Source: Basidiobolus meristosporus CBS 931.73 (Eukaryota; Fungi; Basidiobolomycota). Taken from it: a stretch of DNA of 64,000 nucleotides. Below, piece by piece: positions 12,840-26,300 of this stretch. The notes beneath the pieces were generated by a model. That model saw only the letters and a program-made list of their open reading frames with translations, did not search any database and was not told the DNA's origin. Position 1 is the first letter of the stretch. The number at the start of each line of letters is the position of its first letter. The position numbers and the translations under genes are program-made. The stretch lies in assembly GCA_002104905.1 (NCBI GenBank), contig MCFE01000229.1, positions 57,435 to 121,434 on the forward strand, in the 5' to 3' direction.

Positions 12840-15800
12840 ACCAATGATTGGCAGGGAGCTGAAGGCCAATTCCATGGCTCCCAACTCTGTTGTGGCAGCC
12901 AATCCACTTTGCCCTACGAACGGCAATGCATCCTTGAGTACTTGCTTCCACCACTCCAGCAGAACGGCATGGATTCCCTCAAATTTACACTCTTCGCAAG
13001 AAAGCAATGCTGTGCCCATGAAATTCCCTCCAACAGTCAAGAATCCAGGTATGAACTGGCAACGAAGGCCTCATCATAATGTTCAGGCTTGGCTCAGGCT
13101 GGCCCCAAATTCCCCGGCATCCAAGAAGAAACTGTATCAGGGGACACAACGTGACGTACTTCGGCAACCGGCACCTCACGCCCACCCCAAAGCGTAACCT
13201 CAGGGAGAGAACCTGAGCCACCAAGCATCGCTTAAAGTTGGCTGATCAGCAAAACCAGACCACTTCGCGCATTCACTACGAGTGGCAGGTGCCTCCCACA
13301 TCTCCGAGAATCTTGGCCCACCTAATTTCGAATGACCGCATCTCCTATGCTGGATGCTGATCAAGGTACAATTGATCGTGGGCTCACCTAGTCCTCCAAT
13401 CTCCATCACACCCACCAGCCCCTTTGAACCATAACAAGCCGTCCTGCGGTGGTGATTCACACCGACACACGATCACTTGGTTGAGGAAGCTTCTTCAACA
13501 GTGGAGGCACAATGCAGTCCAGGTGGTTCACACTCGATTTCGGTGAATCAGCACCATCTGTCGTCTGGATCCGGGAAATGATTGCTTTCAACAACCTTGT
13601 AAATCCACGGGATCCACCGATCCACTACAGGTGACCTGATCACGGCGGTCAAGATGCCATATTTCGGGGTTTCCGGTGTCCCCAGAGACGATTGGTGAGA
13701 TAGAGAAGTACCGTGTCACCTATGTAAGATATAGTCTGATTCCCCAAATCCGCTCCCTCTACCGAGCAGGCTGAGTGGATGATGAAAGCAGGAAATCGAT
13801 GATCATACTCTGGGCGGGACCTGCGCACATGTATGTTTCAACCTCCGCAGTATCCTCGTCGGCGGTTCATATGTGGGTTGTGGGTATTGCTCGCTAGGTC
13901 ATGCTTCGAATCGAACGGAAAAGACATGCTGGCGGCGATAATCTGGTGATGAGCTGAGGAACGCTGCGGCACCAGGGTTTGCCCCGAAGGTCAATGCGGT
14001 GGTTCACGCTTGGTGGGCAGGCACTCATGCAGCGCATCTTTCAACAAGCAAGAATCACGCACATCCCTTTGGCCCTGAAGCCGTCCAAGCAACAATATCC
14101 CGGCTAAGATACTGGCTTTTGGGACATTTGGGATGAGCGGGTTGTGTTAGGTCTATTTGGAATAGAATCCTCGTATCCGAGCACGCGAATCGGATGGTTT
14201 TCCCAAGGATTGTGACTCTAATGGAGGATGGGTTTCAGAAATGATCCACAATCCTTGGGCCCTCATTGTGCGGCCTGCAGCCTGTGACCAAGAATTTCCG
14301 CACTGCCATGATGTAAAGTCCATACGGCTAACTGGAACATTCGTAGTATTATGCGAGGGTACCTTTTAATAGGGGAGTAGTACCCTGTGTTCTAGGCAGC
14401 CGTTACAAAAAAATCTAACGGTGCCAAAAGGCTACAAGGGATGATCCTGTCCTTTCAATACGTCAATTCAATGAAGACTTCATGATTTGGGATGGGGAGG
14501 GGGGAATCCGGCGGGAAGAACTGATGTGAAATACGACGGTAGGTCAGAGATTTTCATGTACATCATGGTGGGTTGGGCCGCTATTGAATTGGTGAATGGC
14601 GCTAGTGGTACTACCTGTACCTTCGATGAAACCCAGACAGCTGCAACGCCCATGTTGCAGCCTGGCCATATCCAGCTCCCATTGCAGTATGGGCCAAGTA
14701 TAGTGGTTGGGCAATCCATATCGGGAGTATCCCGATTCTTCCTCGATGGCCACGGACTCTGCCTAGAGGGATCCCATAGCAAATAGAGACCCCCTACCGC
14801 ATTGAAATCACTTCAGAGCAAACGATCCTTGTGCATCTGGAACAGGCGCCCTTTACTGGGTTTGTCGGGGTATTGAGGACCACGCATGTGACAACAAACT
14901 TCGTATCCATCCATTCTCCCTTACACCAACAATCACTCTTAGGCTGGAAATGGGCACTGCAGATTTGGCAACCAATAAATCCACTTTTGCCACTGCATTT
15001 ACCATGGGACATCTCTGCAGAGTACATGTGCAATGAACGCGAGAGCCAGTGTTTTCCCAAGCCGTCCCTCAAGATAAATACATCTCCAGCTTCGCAGTCT
15101 TGGCGGCGGCAAATATAGAAAATCGGGTGGCGCCCGTAGGTGCAACATTTCCCGGGCGATTCCCATTTCCCCTCGGGCTCTCACTGTGCTCTTGAGTGCG
15201 CGTGAGCACCCCATCTTTATGGTAGACAGGCTTGGTTGGCCTAAACAATGGAGGGAAGGGGGCGAGTGCGTAATAAATGATGACTAACAACCACCCGAAA
15301 ATAGCATCCAAACCACCCAAACCAAGAATAGACACCCATCCCAAATCGGCCCCTCCCACCCTCCCCCATTTTGCTGAGATTTTTCTGAACCAAATGGACA
15401 CCAATCTAGCCAGCTGGGCATCAGGGCATCAGGCGAGATTCCCACAGGACGACTCCTCTGGGGAATGACTTTCTCACCCATGAAGACACGGGTGACTCAT
15501 CTGGAATGGTGACCAAAACGGATGGCCCGTATCTCTTGAAGCCACGATTACTCGCCATCACCTAGGTGCCAACCAGGGACGGTGGGCTGATTGGCATTCT
15601 GTAAAGGGATTTATTGGCGGTATGCCAATTGTAGCTAATGGACTGAGACCCGTCTGAGGGTTGTCTGCTTGGGAGCGATCCTAACGATATATCTTTGTCG
15701 ACATCCATGCCCATTCGCCTTCCACAAATAGTAGCGAAGCAGGGCACCCTTAGCTCGATGGCAGACCACAACCCAATTGGGCGTGGCATATGGCGATTTC

Positions 15801-16200
15801 ATATTCCATGAAAGGTTGCATGGCGCTGATTAAAGCCTACCAAACCTACCTTGAACGAGCCAACGTCGGTCCACCAGGTCTGTGGTCCACTTCAGTCGAG
15901 GTAGAGGTTTCTCCGCGGATCGGGTGGCCTGGTCCGTACCACCATGTACGCTCTCTTGGTGAAGGTTGCACTCAAGCCCTGGTGGAGTCCGATCTCACTA
16001 AGGTTGCACTCAGGTCCTCTAGACTGAACGCACTCTGTCTCCTAGCTACCACATCATCCACCATCCACATGTTAATTGCTCAGATGGGATCTCGGTATGG
16101 ATAAGACGATGCCGTATTTGGCATTTCCTGAAGTGGCCACGACCAATGCGAGCTTGCGGTCAGCCATGTGTTATCGCCCATGACTTCACGAACAGGCCTG
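12840..16200 (+). pseudogene. Possible heavily decayed non-LTR retrotransposon (RT thumb, RNase H, C-terminal region)
   Basis: Scattered peptides in changing frames resemble fungal LINE RT-RNase H proteins in the expected order and spacing: VLASTTP, NEGLIIMFRL, YDG..GWAAIEL, IEITSEQ, GHCRFGNQ, DWHSV, VWIRRC. No intact ORF. Confidence 0.3.
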
Positions 16201-17190
16201 CTCAGATCCAACATGGTAGCAGGCCAGGCCAATCACAGCGCTGATCGTATCGGATCTCCGGGGCGGAAAATGGGGGAGACCACCATTCACCTCTTTGAGA
16301 GCCATGCTGCGATCCAGCCATTTTGGATGGGAGGCCACCAGAGGGGAAGTGGCCCGAAACGAATCCACCCACACAATAAAGTTTGTCCCGAATTGGGCAT
16401 CGTGGGGGAGGGGAGATTAAGGAAAGTCAGCGACGGCCCGCCCGCCTGGCTGATTGGACGGCCGTACGCAAGGGATTCATCTCCCCTCCTAATTTGGCCC
16501 GCCATGGTCGGTTGGTGTGGCTTGTTCTGCGACGGAGATGGGATTGGTAATCGGTGCGCACACAACCCACAGGGCTCCCTCATTCGTGGTTGTCATTCCT
16601 GAACCCATAATGCGTTCAAGAGAAACCATGATTGCTCATGTGTACACTCCATACTGACCTTGTGATCGTTGATGCGGTCCCATTTTCGTAATCGGATCCC
16701 CAATTTGGTAGGCCAAAAATAGCCCAGGATGCAGTTGGGCGATGAGGGGTAGGGAGTTTGTATTGATTACTAAACGAAGTGTGTTGATGATTGCACACAT
16801 GTGGTGTAACCCTGTTTCTAGGCTACCCTAGGGGCCCGTGAAATGGCGAATTAGCCAACGGATTGGCGCTGGCGTCGTGTCGGCGATGCCACTTTGCACT
16901 CATCTCACCACCATGTGGGCACCCGCTTCGCTACGCCTGGGGAAGTTCGAAATGGTTCAGAGCTGGATGGGATTCCGTAGAGGAAACGGGTTTATTCCTT
17001 GGCTATGCAGCGTATACATATATATTTCAAGTGGCGGTGATCAGAAAAATAAACAGGTCGAAATAATAAACAGTAACAAAAAGGGGAAATGGTGCGATTG
17101 CTCTAGTGGATATACATCCTCTCAAGGGTGCAGAAAGCCGACAGCAGTATGAGAAGGTGAGGTGATATATGGTAGATGGAATGGCGGGAG

Positions 17191-18564
17191 TTACGCCATG
17201 CATGAGTCGGTGACCCAGTGGGATTTGTTATGCCTCATATGCTCCAAGAATCTTGGGAATGTGTTGCGGAACATGAGGTCCTTGATTTCAGCCTGGGCCT
17301 CATCGTACATGCCAAGATAGAATTTCTCCAAGCTCACGTCGGACTTGATCTTCGAGACAGTGATGGAATCCAAATTGACCAACAGCTCGGCGTTAGGTTC
17401 GATGAATGTGCTGTACGTCTCACGAAGCTCTTGTTCCATCTTGGAAGGCTCCATTTCGCCTCGAGATATCGCTTGGCATCGCTGATAGAAGAGAATATTC
17501 TCAATCGTAAAATCCTTCGCGGCGAAGGTTTTGAATTGCTCCAGTAGGAAGGGATCATGCAGAATCCTCTCGAAGCACTCGGGGGAGAAGCGTAACACCT
17601 TGCTGATGGGGTTCCGGCGAATTCTGAATCGAGTGAAGTGGAGGCCGTACGATTCGCAGAGAGGCCGTATGATCAGGAAGCAGTGAATAAGCGAGATCGG
17701 GACGACCACAAAGAGCAGCCCATAGAAGTCTGGGTCGATTCCACCGAATGCGTTGAGCGCGAACAGGATCAGAAAAACCAGGTCGAAAACACTGTTGGTT
17801 ACGGTCAATACCATCAACTCCTCCCGTATGCCATAGGCATCATGGATTCCCCGCAATTTGAAAAAGACAAAGGGGTTTACAGCGATCGCATATATAACTA
17901 TATATAGTCGATGAGGGAGCCATTCCCAGCCGACAGAGCAGTTGCTTCTGGCCATGACCGGGTGGATGGCGAAGTTCTGGGTAAAGCATTGGATAACAAT
18001 TAAAACTACAATGTGAATAAATACAATGGCGCAGCAGATTTGGGCAAAGAAGCCGACGGAGAACAAGCGACGATTCCGATAGTACCAGTTGTTAGCCAGA
18101 GTTTCGTTGTAAAGCGGCACGGGAGAGTCGGAGGTTAGGTTGATGTCGCTCAACTCGATGACTGAGATCTGGCTGGACGGTTTTTTCGAGGTGTGCGTTA
18201 AAGTTGAGGTAGGGGAATGGGTGGCGGGGTGTAGGCATTGGGTCGCAAGCTTTGCCTCACTTATACGATAGAAACACAAGAGTCGAAGGGCGCGTGCAGT
18301 GGCTGACAGATACAAGACCGGATAGGCTAAGCTCGTGATCCACAGTCGAACGAAACAAGGCATCAAATCGTCGTCAGCCCACGGGAGCACACTGACGCAC
18401 ACCAGGATACACGCAGTCAAGGCTGCGATGACAGTGAATCCTGGAGACCGGTACCTTATGCAGTCTTTGTCTCGCCGACGCCAGTATATAGCCGAGGTAA
18501 CTAGCGACTGTAAGGTCCAGAGTGCCACCACAACATAAACGATCGAGGATTTTACATCCCCCAT
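17191..18564 (-). CDS. 7-transmembrane protein with C-terminal RGS domain (GPCR-RGS fusion, AtRGS1/GprK-like architecture), 457 aa
   Basis: Single-exon ORF with seven hydrophobic segments, followed by an RGS box: FERILHDPFLLEQFKTFAAKDFTIENILFY...MYDEAQAEIKDLMFRNTFPRF. Confidence 0.92.
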   Translation of the reverse strand: MGDVKSSIVYVVVALWTLQSLVTSAIYWRRRDKDCIRYRSPGFTVIAALTACILVCVSVLPWADDDLMPCFVRLWITSLAYPVLYLSATARALRLLCFYRISEAKLATQCLHPATHSPTSTLTHTSKKPSSQISVIELSDINLTSDSPVPLYNETLANNWYYRNRRLFSVGFFAQICCAIVFIHIVVLIVIQCFTQNFAIHPVMARSNCSVGWEWLPHRLYIVIYAIAVNPFVFFKLRGIHDAYGIREELMVLTVTNSVFDLVFLILFALNAFGGIDPDFYGLLFVVVPISLIHCFLIIRPLCESYGLHFTRFRIRRNPISKVLRFSPECFERILHDPFLLEQFKTFAAKDFTIENILFYQRCQAISRGEMEPSKMEQELRETYSTFIEPNAELLVNLDSITVSKIKSDVSLEKFYLGMYDEAQAEIKDLMFRNTFPRFLEHMRHNKSHWVTDSCMA

Positions 18565-21500
18565 ATACTCCGAGTCGACGAGAAAAGTAAAGGGTATTGA
18601 AAACCTTTTTCATTGGAGTGGGCCAGCGGTATTTATTGTGAGCGGCCTCCATGTTGCGGCCTCACCATTGGCTAGCCGCATCGATGGAGCGCTCCAATCA
18701 GGTTGGCGGTTGGAAGTCAAACTTGTATGTACCTAAAACCAGTATTCTTAGGGCAAGGGATAGAAGAAACAAATCGTCGAGAAATCACGTAATGTGCTCT
18801 GGAGGGCCGTATTAGGAAGCTGCGTTCGAGCACTTGTATCAATCCATAGAGTGTGCAACATTTGTGACTTCGAGGAGGACCTGCTCAAGTATCCACCATG
18901 CCAGCCCTCTCGTGGCACCACAGCGGCTCCTAGCTGAGGTCCGAACAAATACGGTGATGTGCCAAATGAGGAAAATGAGGGACTGAGGGGCTGGGAACAA
19001 CATCAGCAGATGGCTAAACAAAGTTGGCGGTGAAGTAAGCACGACGTTATGGCCGAATAAAACCCCTGGCATGGGCCAATCAGACGCAGCCGTCCGGCTG
19101 GGTGATGGCAATACCATAATTGAATCCCATCCGTACCGATGATTTCATCGCCATCAAGCCGTTTTGTTGGAGTGCACCAAATGCCACATGCCAAGAATCG
19201 CCACTGAAACCAGTTGTGACTTACGAGTCATTTCCAATCTCACCGGCCATCATGGAATATTGGCAAGGCGCTACTCTTTATTGTGATGGCTCTACATCAC
19301 AATGGATCAGGAGCGGTTTGTTGCCACATATGCTCCTCCATTGCAAGGTGTGAGTAATCGTTCGACAGCAATACTGGTTGAGTTGGTTAGGTGGTTGCCC
19401 ACAGCAGGTTGGTGGGCCGAAAAGCATCTTCGAAATAGAACCATCAACAAAGCCACGTGAATCCTGTGGATCTAGTTGATCCTGCTTTCCTTAGCAATGA
19501 TGTCACTGGCTCTGGTCATGATCGATTGGAGCAGCGAGAGTGGGTCCACCAAGCGATCCACTAAACAGTCCAGAGAATCTTGTATAGCATTTGTGCACAT
19601 TAATTCTAGATTGTGCGGCCCATTTGACGCAACTTACTCTATTCAGACAATATTCTTGTTGCGATACAGGCGACAATGGACACGAAGTACGTGACTGTTG
19701 TATTGGTTTCACTGCTTGATTGATTGCAGTTGTTAATATTGCCACCATTAGTGCACATTAATTGATGTACATGACAGGGAAACGTTGTCGCGACATGAAG
19801 CCTGATTTTAGGTTGATCCAAACATGATGACTCCTCAGTTACATATTTCGCTACGAATATTCTTGGAACGATGTGCACTCAGTGGAGGTGCCTCATCGTT
19901 AATGGCAATTAACCTACCCTTATTAGGTGCATGTTCAGCTTAGCAGATACACACGTTGTAAGACATGGGGCGAGATCTCTGCAGCCCTGACGGTGATACT
20001 TCGCCACACTTGTACACGCAATGTTGATACTCACTAAGGGACTAAATCTCTGAAGGAGCATTTGATTGTAGCAATATAATCAAAAGCTTAGTGAATGGTG
20101 AAGATTGGATTGGATATAGTGTTGGGTGGCTGGGAACGGGCTGGTTAATTTTTGCTGTCCCATTATTCTTCACAACATCTAGGAATCTCTGGACATTACT
20201 AACTTGCCTTTGAGTGCCTACTTTGTCCTCAAATGCTGACTAAGATATCTCAAAGTGAGTCCCTTGCCATAGTTTGGGGAGCCACCCTATCCCAAATAAG
20301 ACTTACCTTTTAAAACACTGGCATTATGTGATATGCTCACAGCACAAATACTTTTCAGCCAAGGTGTATGAATCAAGTAGTCAAGGGATCTTGTGGACAC
20401 TTTGGAGCATAGGCACTGCATTAGCTTCTACCAAACATTCCCCTCCTTTTTGCTTAACCCATAACCAGCAAGTGTACAAATCTATTACGGAGAGATGTCC
20501 CACGTTTGGAACTACGCCTGGTTTTTAGATGGATATGCCATTCCACACCAGCTTCTAACCAACTAGCAAGCTGCATGACGAAGATATGTCCAATTTGGCG
20601 TACTAATTATCTGGGTCAGGCCACCACCCTGTCACGAAGCCAGAAAGTTCCTCATTGCTTGAGCATCAGTCAATTCCTTCCTGATGAGCTGCCAAACATG
20701 AATGCTGATAAATGTTGACCAACTGAGGTGTCATCCATGCATCTAGCTTTCTGCATCAAAATCTGCAGGAAACAAACCTGATCAACAAGTTGGTGAGCTT
20801 GTGATGAACCTTGATCAGCAAGCATCAAAGGGCACAGTGATTCTACTGTAAGGAACGGGATGGTGTTTGTAATATAATTCAGGTATATGCATGCTGGCCT
20901 TATTGGATACCCTGATGATTGAAAAGATCACAGTGGAGCTAGTTGATTTCCTAGCAGCTTGTTACTCAATGAAGCAGGGCTGATCCATTCATCAATCTCG
21001 TGTCTACCACTCCACACACGGGTATGGTTGGCTGAGTACTTGCCAGTAGTGGTAGCCACCGTGCCTGGATGCCTTAAACACAATCATATCAAGCATGGAA
21101 CGGGAAATGGACAAAAGATCCCTGGTTTTGGCGAGCGACCACGGGGTTGGCGATGGGTGTCAGCTGGTTGCATTGGTTTGTTCAAAACCGGGTGAACAAC
21201 AATCGGATGTTTTTTGCGGTGAATCTAAGATATGCATGTATGCGCATATGTGGAAACGGCTATTGCGCTATTTTATTGGTGTCACCCCAACAAACCTCAC
21301 TGGATTGGCTCTGTGCCTCAACCGGGTTGAAAGAGGTTTGATCAGGTTTCTCTCAACAACGCAGTCGGTTACAGGTTTCAGTGCGAGCACCGGGGCTTGT
21401 GGCACCTGGTGATGGCACTAAGCTGATTGACTCATCAGCGTCGGGATGGATTATTGAGCGACCAGGGATTCTGGCATCGGCAATGTGCGAATGCGCGTCC

Positions 21501-22223
21501 AGCGGCTCGCTCTCAACGCCCATATTTCAGCAAGCTCCGTATATCACTAGGGAAGATGGGCCCCACCCCGTCGTCTCGTAGCATGGACTCCCCTATCAGG
21601 CGGTTCATCGGAAGTCTGATGGCCAGGTTAGTTGAGATTTGCCGACGACTGACAGCACCTCGGGGCTTGGGCTGATCTGAAACAGTCGGGTCGCTGGTTG
21701 GAGCTGGTTTGGTGCCCATGACAACCAAGCGTCACTGGGCATACGCATCGGGAGGAGTCATGCTGTATGCTTGGGTAAACCCGCGCACCGTCCCAATTCT
21801 CTGCCTGATAATATTCCCATCCAAATCTCTGATTTCTCCGCTCGAGAAGTGGCTAGGGCCATTGGTGGTCCGTCTCAATCCACTGCAACCCAACCAACAT
21901 TTGATCCTGACCCGAAGCCTGGCTGTGGTGGAGAGCTTGAGCTACTCCCTCATCAGTTGATCAAATTAAGATGGAAATGGCAATTGCGTACGTAATATGG
22001 ATGCAAAGCAAGATTCATATCATTTATTGATTGTGGATGGAATACCGGATACAATGGATCCAGTCAATTAAGGTAATCATGAGGAAGGATTGGTCTGATT
22101 ATATTGAAAGGACGAATTATTTAGACATTATCATTGTACACGTTCTAGGCAAGTCGGATCTATATTCAATGAAGTGCGCATCAAGAGTCATCCCAGCAGA
22201 TGATTCTGATGATCAAAGGCGTG

Positions 22224-23323
22224 CTAATCTTCGGATCTGCGTGAACGGACATCATTTCGTATTGGGATCTTTAGGCCCTGTTTGGCGAACGCTTTCGATA
22301 GCTCCGTGGATTCTAACGCAAATGTGAGTGCGATGAGTGGGCTGCATCAGTTGGCATCAGAACGAGGTTGACTATGTACCGGTCATCCCAGGGAACTTCT
22401 TCGCCGAGAACACTGTGAACGCCTCCGAGAAGGCGCATGCCAACACTTTGGAATTGGCATCCATGGGGGAAGTCTCTCTAAAAATGTCACTGAGTTAACT
22501 TCGATGGCTCACCCTTGACTGAAAGACATGGAACCTGGCTCGTTACCCTCCAAGTCTGATCAGATTAAACTTGAGGCAATACCTCCCTTCAATGCGAATG
22601 CTAAGGTCCGGGAAGCAGAAATAGCAGCCTTGCTCGCCCTCTGGGTTCTTCAGAAGGTTGGCTGATGCTACCAAGGATCCCATCAGTACTCTAGTGCATT
22701 TCGAATTGCTTGTGATGATGTTTCGCTCCTCTTGCCTATCTTCAGACCAGAGTGTAACGTGTAGTACGTAGAAGGGATCTTGGATTGCCCTGAAGCAGAT
22801 GATTAATTCTAGAGCCACGAACGAGCGATGGCATCAACTTACGCAGTATCGATTCTTCCTCGTTGGTCCCTAACTAATAGCTGTATTATCGGCGGTGGAT
22901 CAATAGGTCTTCTATCTTTTTCTCCAAACCCGCACATGCGCGCGTGCAATGGATGTTGCCTTACATGCAGCTCATACGACCTCCTTGATAAGCTTAACGG
23001 TTAAGCCCCTCCTCGCGAAATCAAATGGTCAACACTTACTTTAGGCTCTCAGGTTCCTGTTGCATATATGAGTATTTCCGTGCATTCCCTGCGTTGAAGC
23101 TCGGAGAATGCCGGTTCGTTGGTGAGTTGCCATACGAAAAGCCACTGGACATGATTTGCCTTGAGGTGTAGAGTGGAGTACTCGTTGATGGGCCTAGAAT
23201 TACAGGCGCTATCTGAGAGGTGTATTGTGGGTTGTCGTATTCACGCTTGTGTGTGCTTCCCTCTCCTTGCTCCCATTTGTTGGAGTACTGCAACTCTTGG
23301 GCCTCTAGATAGGGATGAACCAT
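22224..23323 (-). CDS. Velvet-domain transcriptional regulator (VelB/VosA-like), 5 predicted exons
   Basis: The spliced reading gives RSYELHVRQHPLHARMCGFGEKDRRPIDPPPIIQL, FCFPDLSIRIEGRYCLKF, FTVFSAKKFPGMT and ESTELSKAFAKQGLKIPIR. GT..AG introns, e.g. 23039-22984. The start codon is uncertain. Confidence 0.92.
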
Positions 23324-26300
23324 ATGGTTTAGGAGGCGGTGACATGCACGGTAACAACACGAAGCATACTCTGGTGAATATTTTCAGAATTGTGAAAAGC
23401 AGGTCTCATGCTACCAAGTGATGGTGGATAATAATAGACGTGGTTCTTTGAGATAGAATTGGTAAGTGACCTAACAATTAAACAACACTCTCTTTTTGTG
23501 AAGTCTGGATCCTGGAATTTTGGTTGATCACGGTGCAGGAAGCGCGGCTTTTATAGAAAATCCAATGCTTAGTGCGTAGAGCAGAGCCATCAACCCAGTG
23601 TTGGCAATCATATGGCGGATTTTTTGGTAGATGGTTTCATAAGCGATGTGACAGTTGTTGGATGAAAAGAAAGCTAATCTGTGGATCCCATGTTACATTG
23701 GATTGATTTCTCTAGATATGTCTATTGAATTGAAGTTTCGCTTCATTAGACGATGAATACAAATTTGATTGATCTGGAAATATTCATTTTAATATTATGC
23801 TGGCGAGTATCATCAGCAAACTTTCACATCCATTCGAGTTTTGGTGTTACTTGACTCACCATTTCCCTAGTAGTGTTTCCTCGTGGGCGACCAGTTTTTT
23901 ATGCCAGAGATCTGTTGTACCACTCAAATGCAGCTGGCGGTAACCTATGTTTGTTGGTGGTGCTTCTGTAGTGGCTTTGGGACTTGCCCCAAGTCACTTT
24001 CGACTTCTCAAACGGGAATGATAGGTCATCAGATAAGATGAATCCCCTTGATTCAGTAGGGATTGGTTTTGCCCAGCAGCGTACCAGGTTACTTATCCCT
24101 GCGGCTAGTTAACCTTTCCACTTACTAAATCTGCCAGCTACGCCCATGAAACTAAGGCAACCAGGCCACTCGATCCATTGAAGTCTCCGAGCGATAGCCT
24201 GTTTTCTTCATTGGACCGTCCATAGAATCTTCGTGTCTGCTGCAATCGAAAGTCATAATTGCCCTTTCCTGTTGAAGACCCAGGCTTATTTGGAAGCGAT
24301 CCACGGGCTTGCGAAACACATCGCGATGAGTCTATGGATATGTGGCGACTGGATATTTTGCGAATGAGGGGTGCCATTTGAAGGGACCAAAATACAGACG
24401 TTGTTCAACGATTCCAGTCATGGTAAGACCTTTCCGGGCTTCGTAGCCATGGTGTTGCGCGACTCTATCAAATCGTTACCGGAGGTCATCCCGCATTCCA
24501 AATGAGTCATTGGGAAAGGGGATCTGTGGCTGGAACAGCTGAACTCATTGGGATTAATTGGAATTCTTCCTGCTTTGCTTCATTCATATGCAATATCATG
24601 CCATTTCATTAGAGCAAGGATATAATCGGAGTGGTAAACCCTCAGTCGTCCGCCATGAATAGCGCTGGTTCTTGAAAAGGCGAATTGCGTTCCAAAAGAG
24701 TCTTGTTCAACAGAACATTCACAGATCGCGAATCACGAGAACCGAGGGATCCCGTCAGCTATGACATGATTAGACGGCACTCGACTGAGTTGGTTATTTT
24801 GGGAGCAATGCGTCCAGCTTGAGCAGGCAGTCAACCACATACCAGCCAACACCCAACCATCACGCGCAACGGAAGCGTCGGTCCAACAACCTCCGTTTGA
24901 GGATGAATCACCATCCTAAAGGGTTGAGTGTTCATTGTTGAAGCCTATTTCTGCAATTGCCATTTGCAGCGGAATTCGGATCTGAGATCAACGAAGGTAT
25001 TTCTCGCCCAAGGGTAATACGTGCACTGATCCTGGATCGCCCACTCCGTGGATCGATCCGGAAGGCCACCTGTGACCATGATCAGGGCGAATTTACCCGA
25101 GACCACCACCCCTTATGTTCAATCCTAACTACATTGATGAACAATATTAAGGGCGGTCGATGACATGTACAGTTTAGCAATTTCCCATCACACCAAGTCT
25201 ACTCCTGCCCTATAGGCGGCAAGTCTCGGAGCAGGGCTACGGAGAAATCAAGATCAAGCGATGTTGGCAATACAGGTTTTCGGAAATACTGGCCAAATAG
25301 TGAATCTTGCAGTGGGCTTGCTCGGATTTCGCTGCGTAAGTATGCATGACGCATAGATGGGAATCTCGTTGATAAATTTGATCAGACCTCGATCTGATTA
25401 TTTCTCATCGGAGATATTGTGCGCTAAGCAATGATGTCCGCAGTATCCCTTGATCCCGTGAAGGGTGTTTCATTTCCTTGGTTGCCACATGCTTGCTAGG
25501 GCGCTCGTTAGTAGCTCGCATGTCGCGTAAATGAGCTGCTTTGCTAAGGATGCTACTGATCTAGGAGCATAGTTCGTATTGATTACTAAGGCTCTCCAAA
25601 ATAGTTAATATGGGATATGCTATATGCATGATGGTGAGCTGCCTTATGTTGATCCTGCCCAAATCCACCAACCTGAATATCATTATATGCACTCCGATAA
25701 TGTTGTACATCGCCCTTCGTATTAATTATAATTAGCCTAGCGCCTCCTTCTCCGGGCATAAGTCACTAGCTGCAACATATATAGTAAACATGACTTCCAG
25801 CATCCTCATACCCCAAAGGAAATGCATCGCACTCACCCTGCCCTCGCCATGTACCGAATGGTTTTCCAAGAGCACCGACAGTGAGTTCGCGTACAAAGAG
25901 TCAAGGGTCCATACCCTATTGAGTAACCCAGGTGTAATAAGCATGTGTTCGTATGAAAAAACCAATCTATCTCATCAACTCTCGTACATCATCAGCAGCA
26001 GCCTCAGAGTTCAAAAACACACGGTTGATTTGATATGCTAATACAGCTGCCCATACTGTAACACCACATACTTCTTAATTTGAATTAACTCGCCCAGTGG
26101 TTGCGTGCTATTGGCAGCTTTCTGGGCGGTTCGGTCGGTTGGCTCGTCTATTGGTTGTTACTCCCCTAGCACAGAATCTGAAGGTGAATTCAATAGGAAA
26201 GGTGGATTTGATTGACGCATCATTGCTTAACATTCTCTCTTGACATGATGGCATATTGAAGCTGTGCATATACTAGGGGTACAGCTGATTGTGCAATATT

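Noticed and set aside
18600-22200. Short ORFs between the RGS and velvet genes
   Set aside because: No consistent frame, splice pattern or motif; probably decayed relics that I cannot identify.
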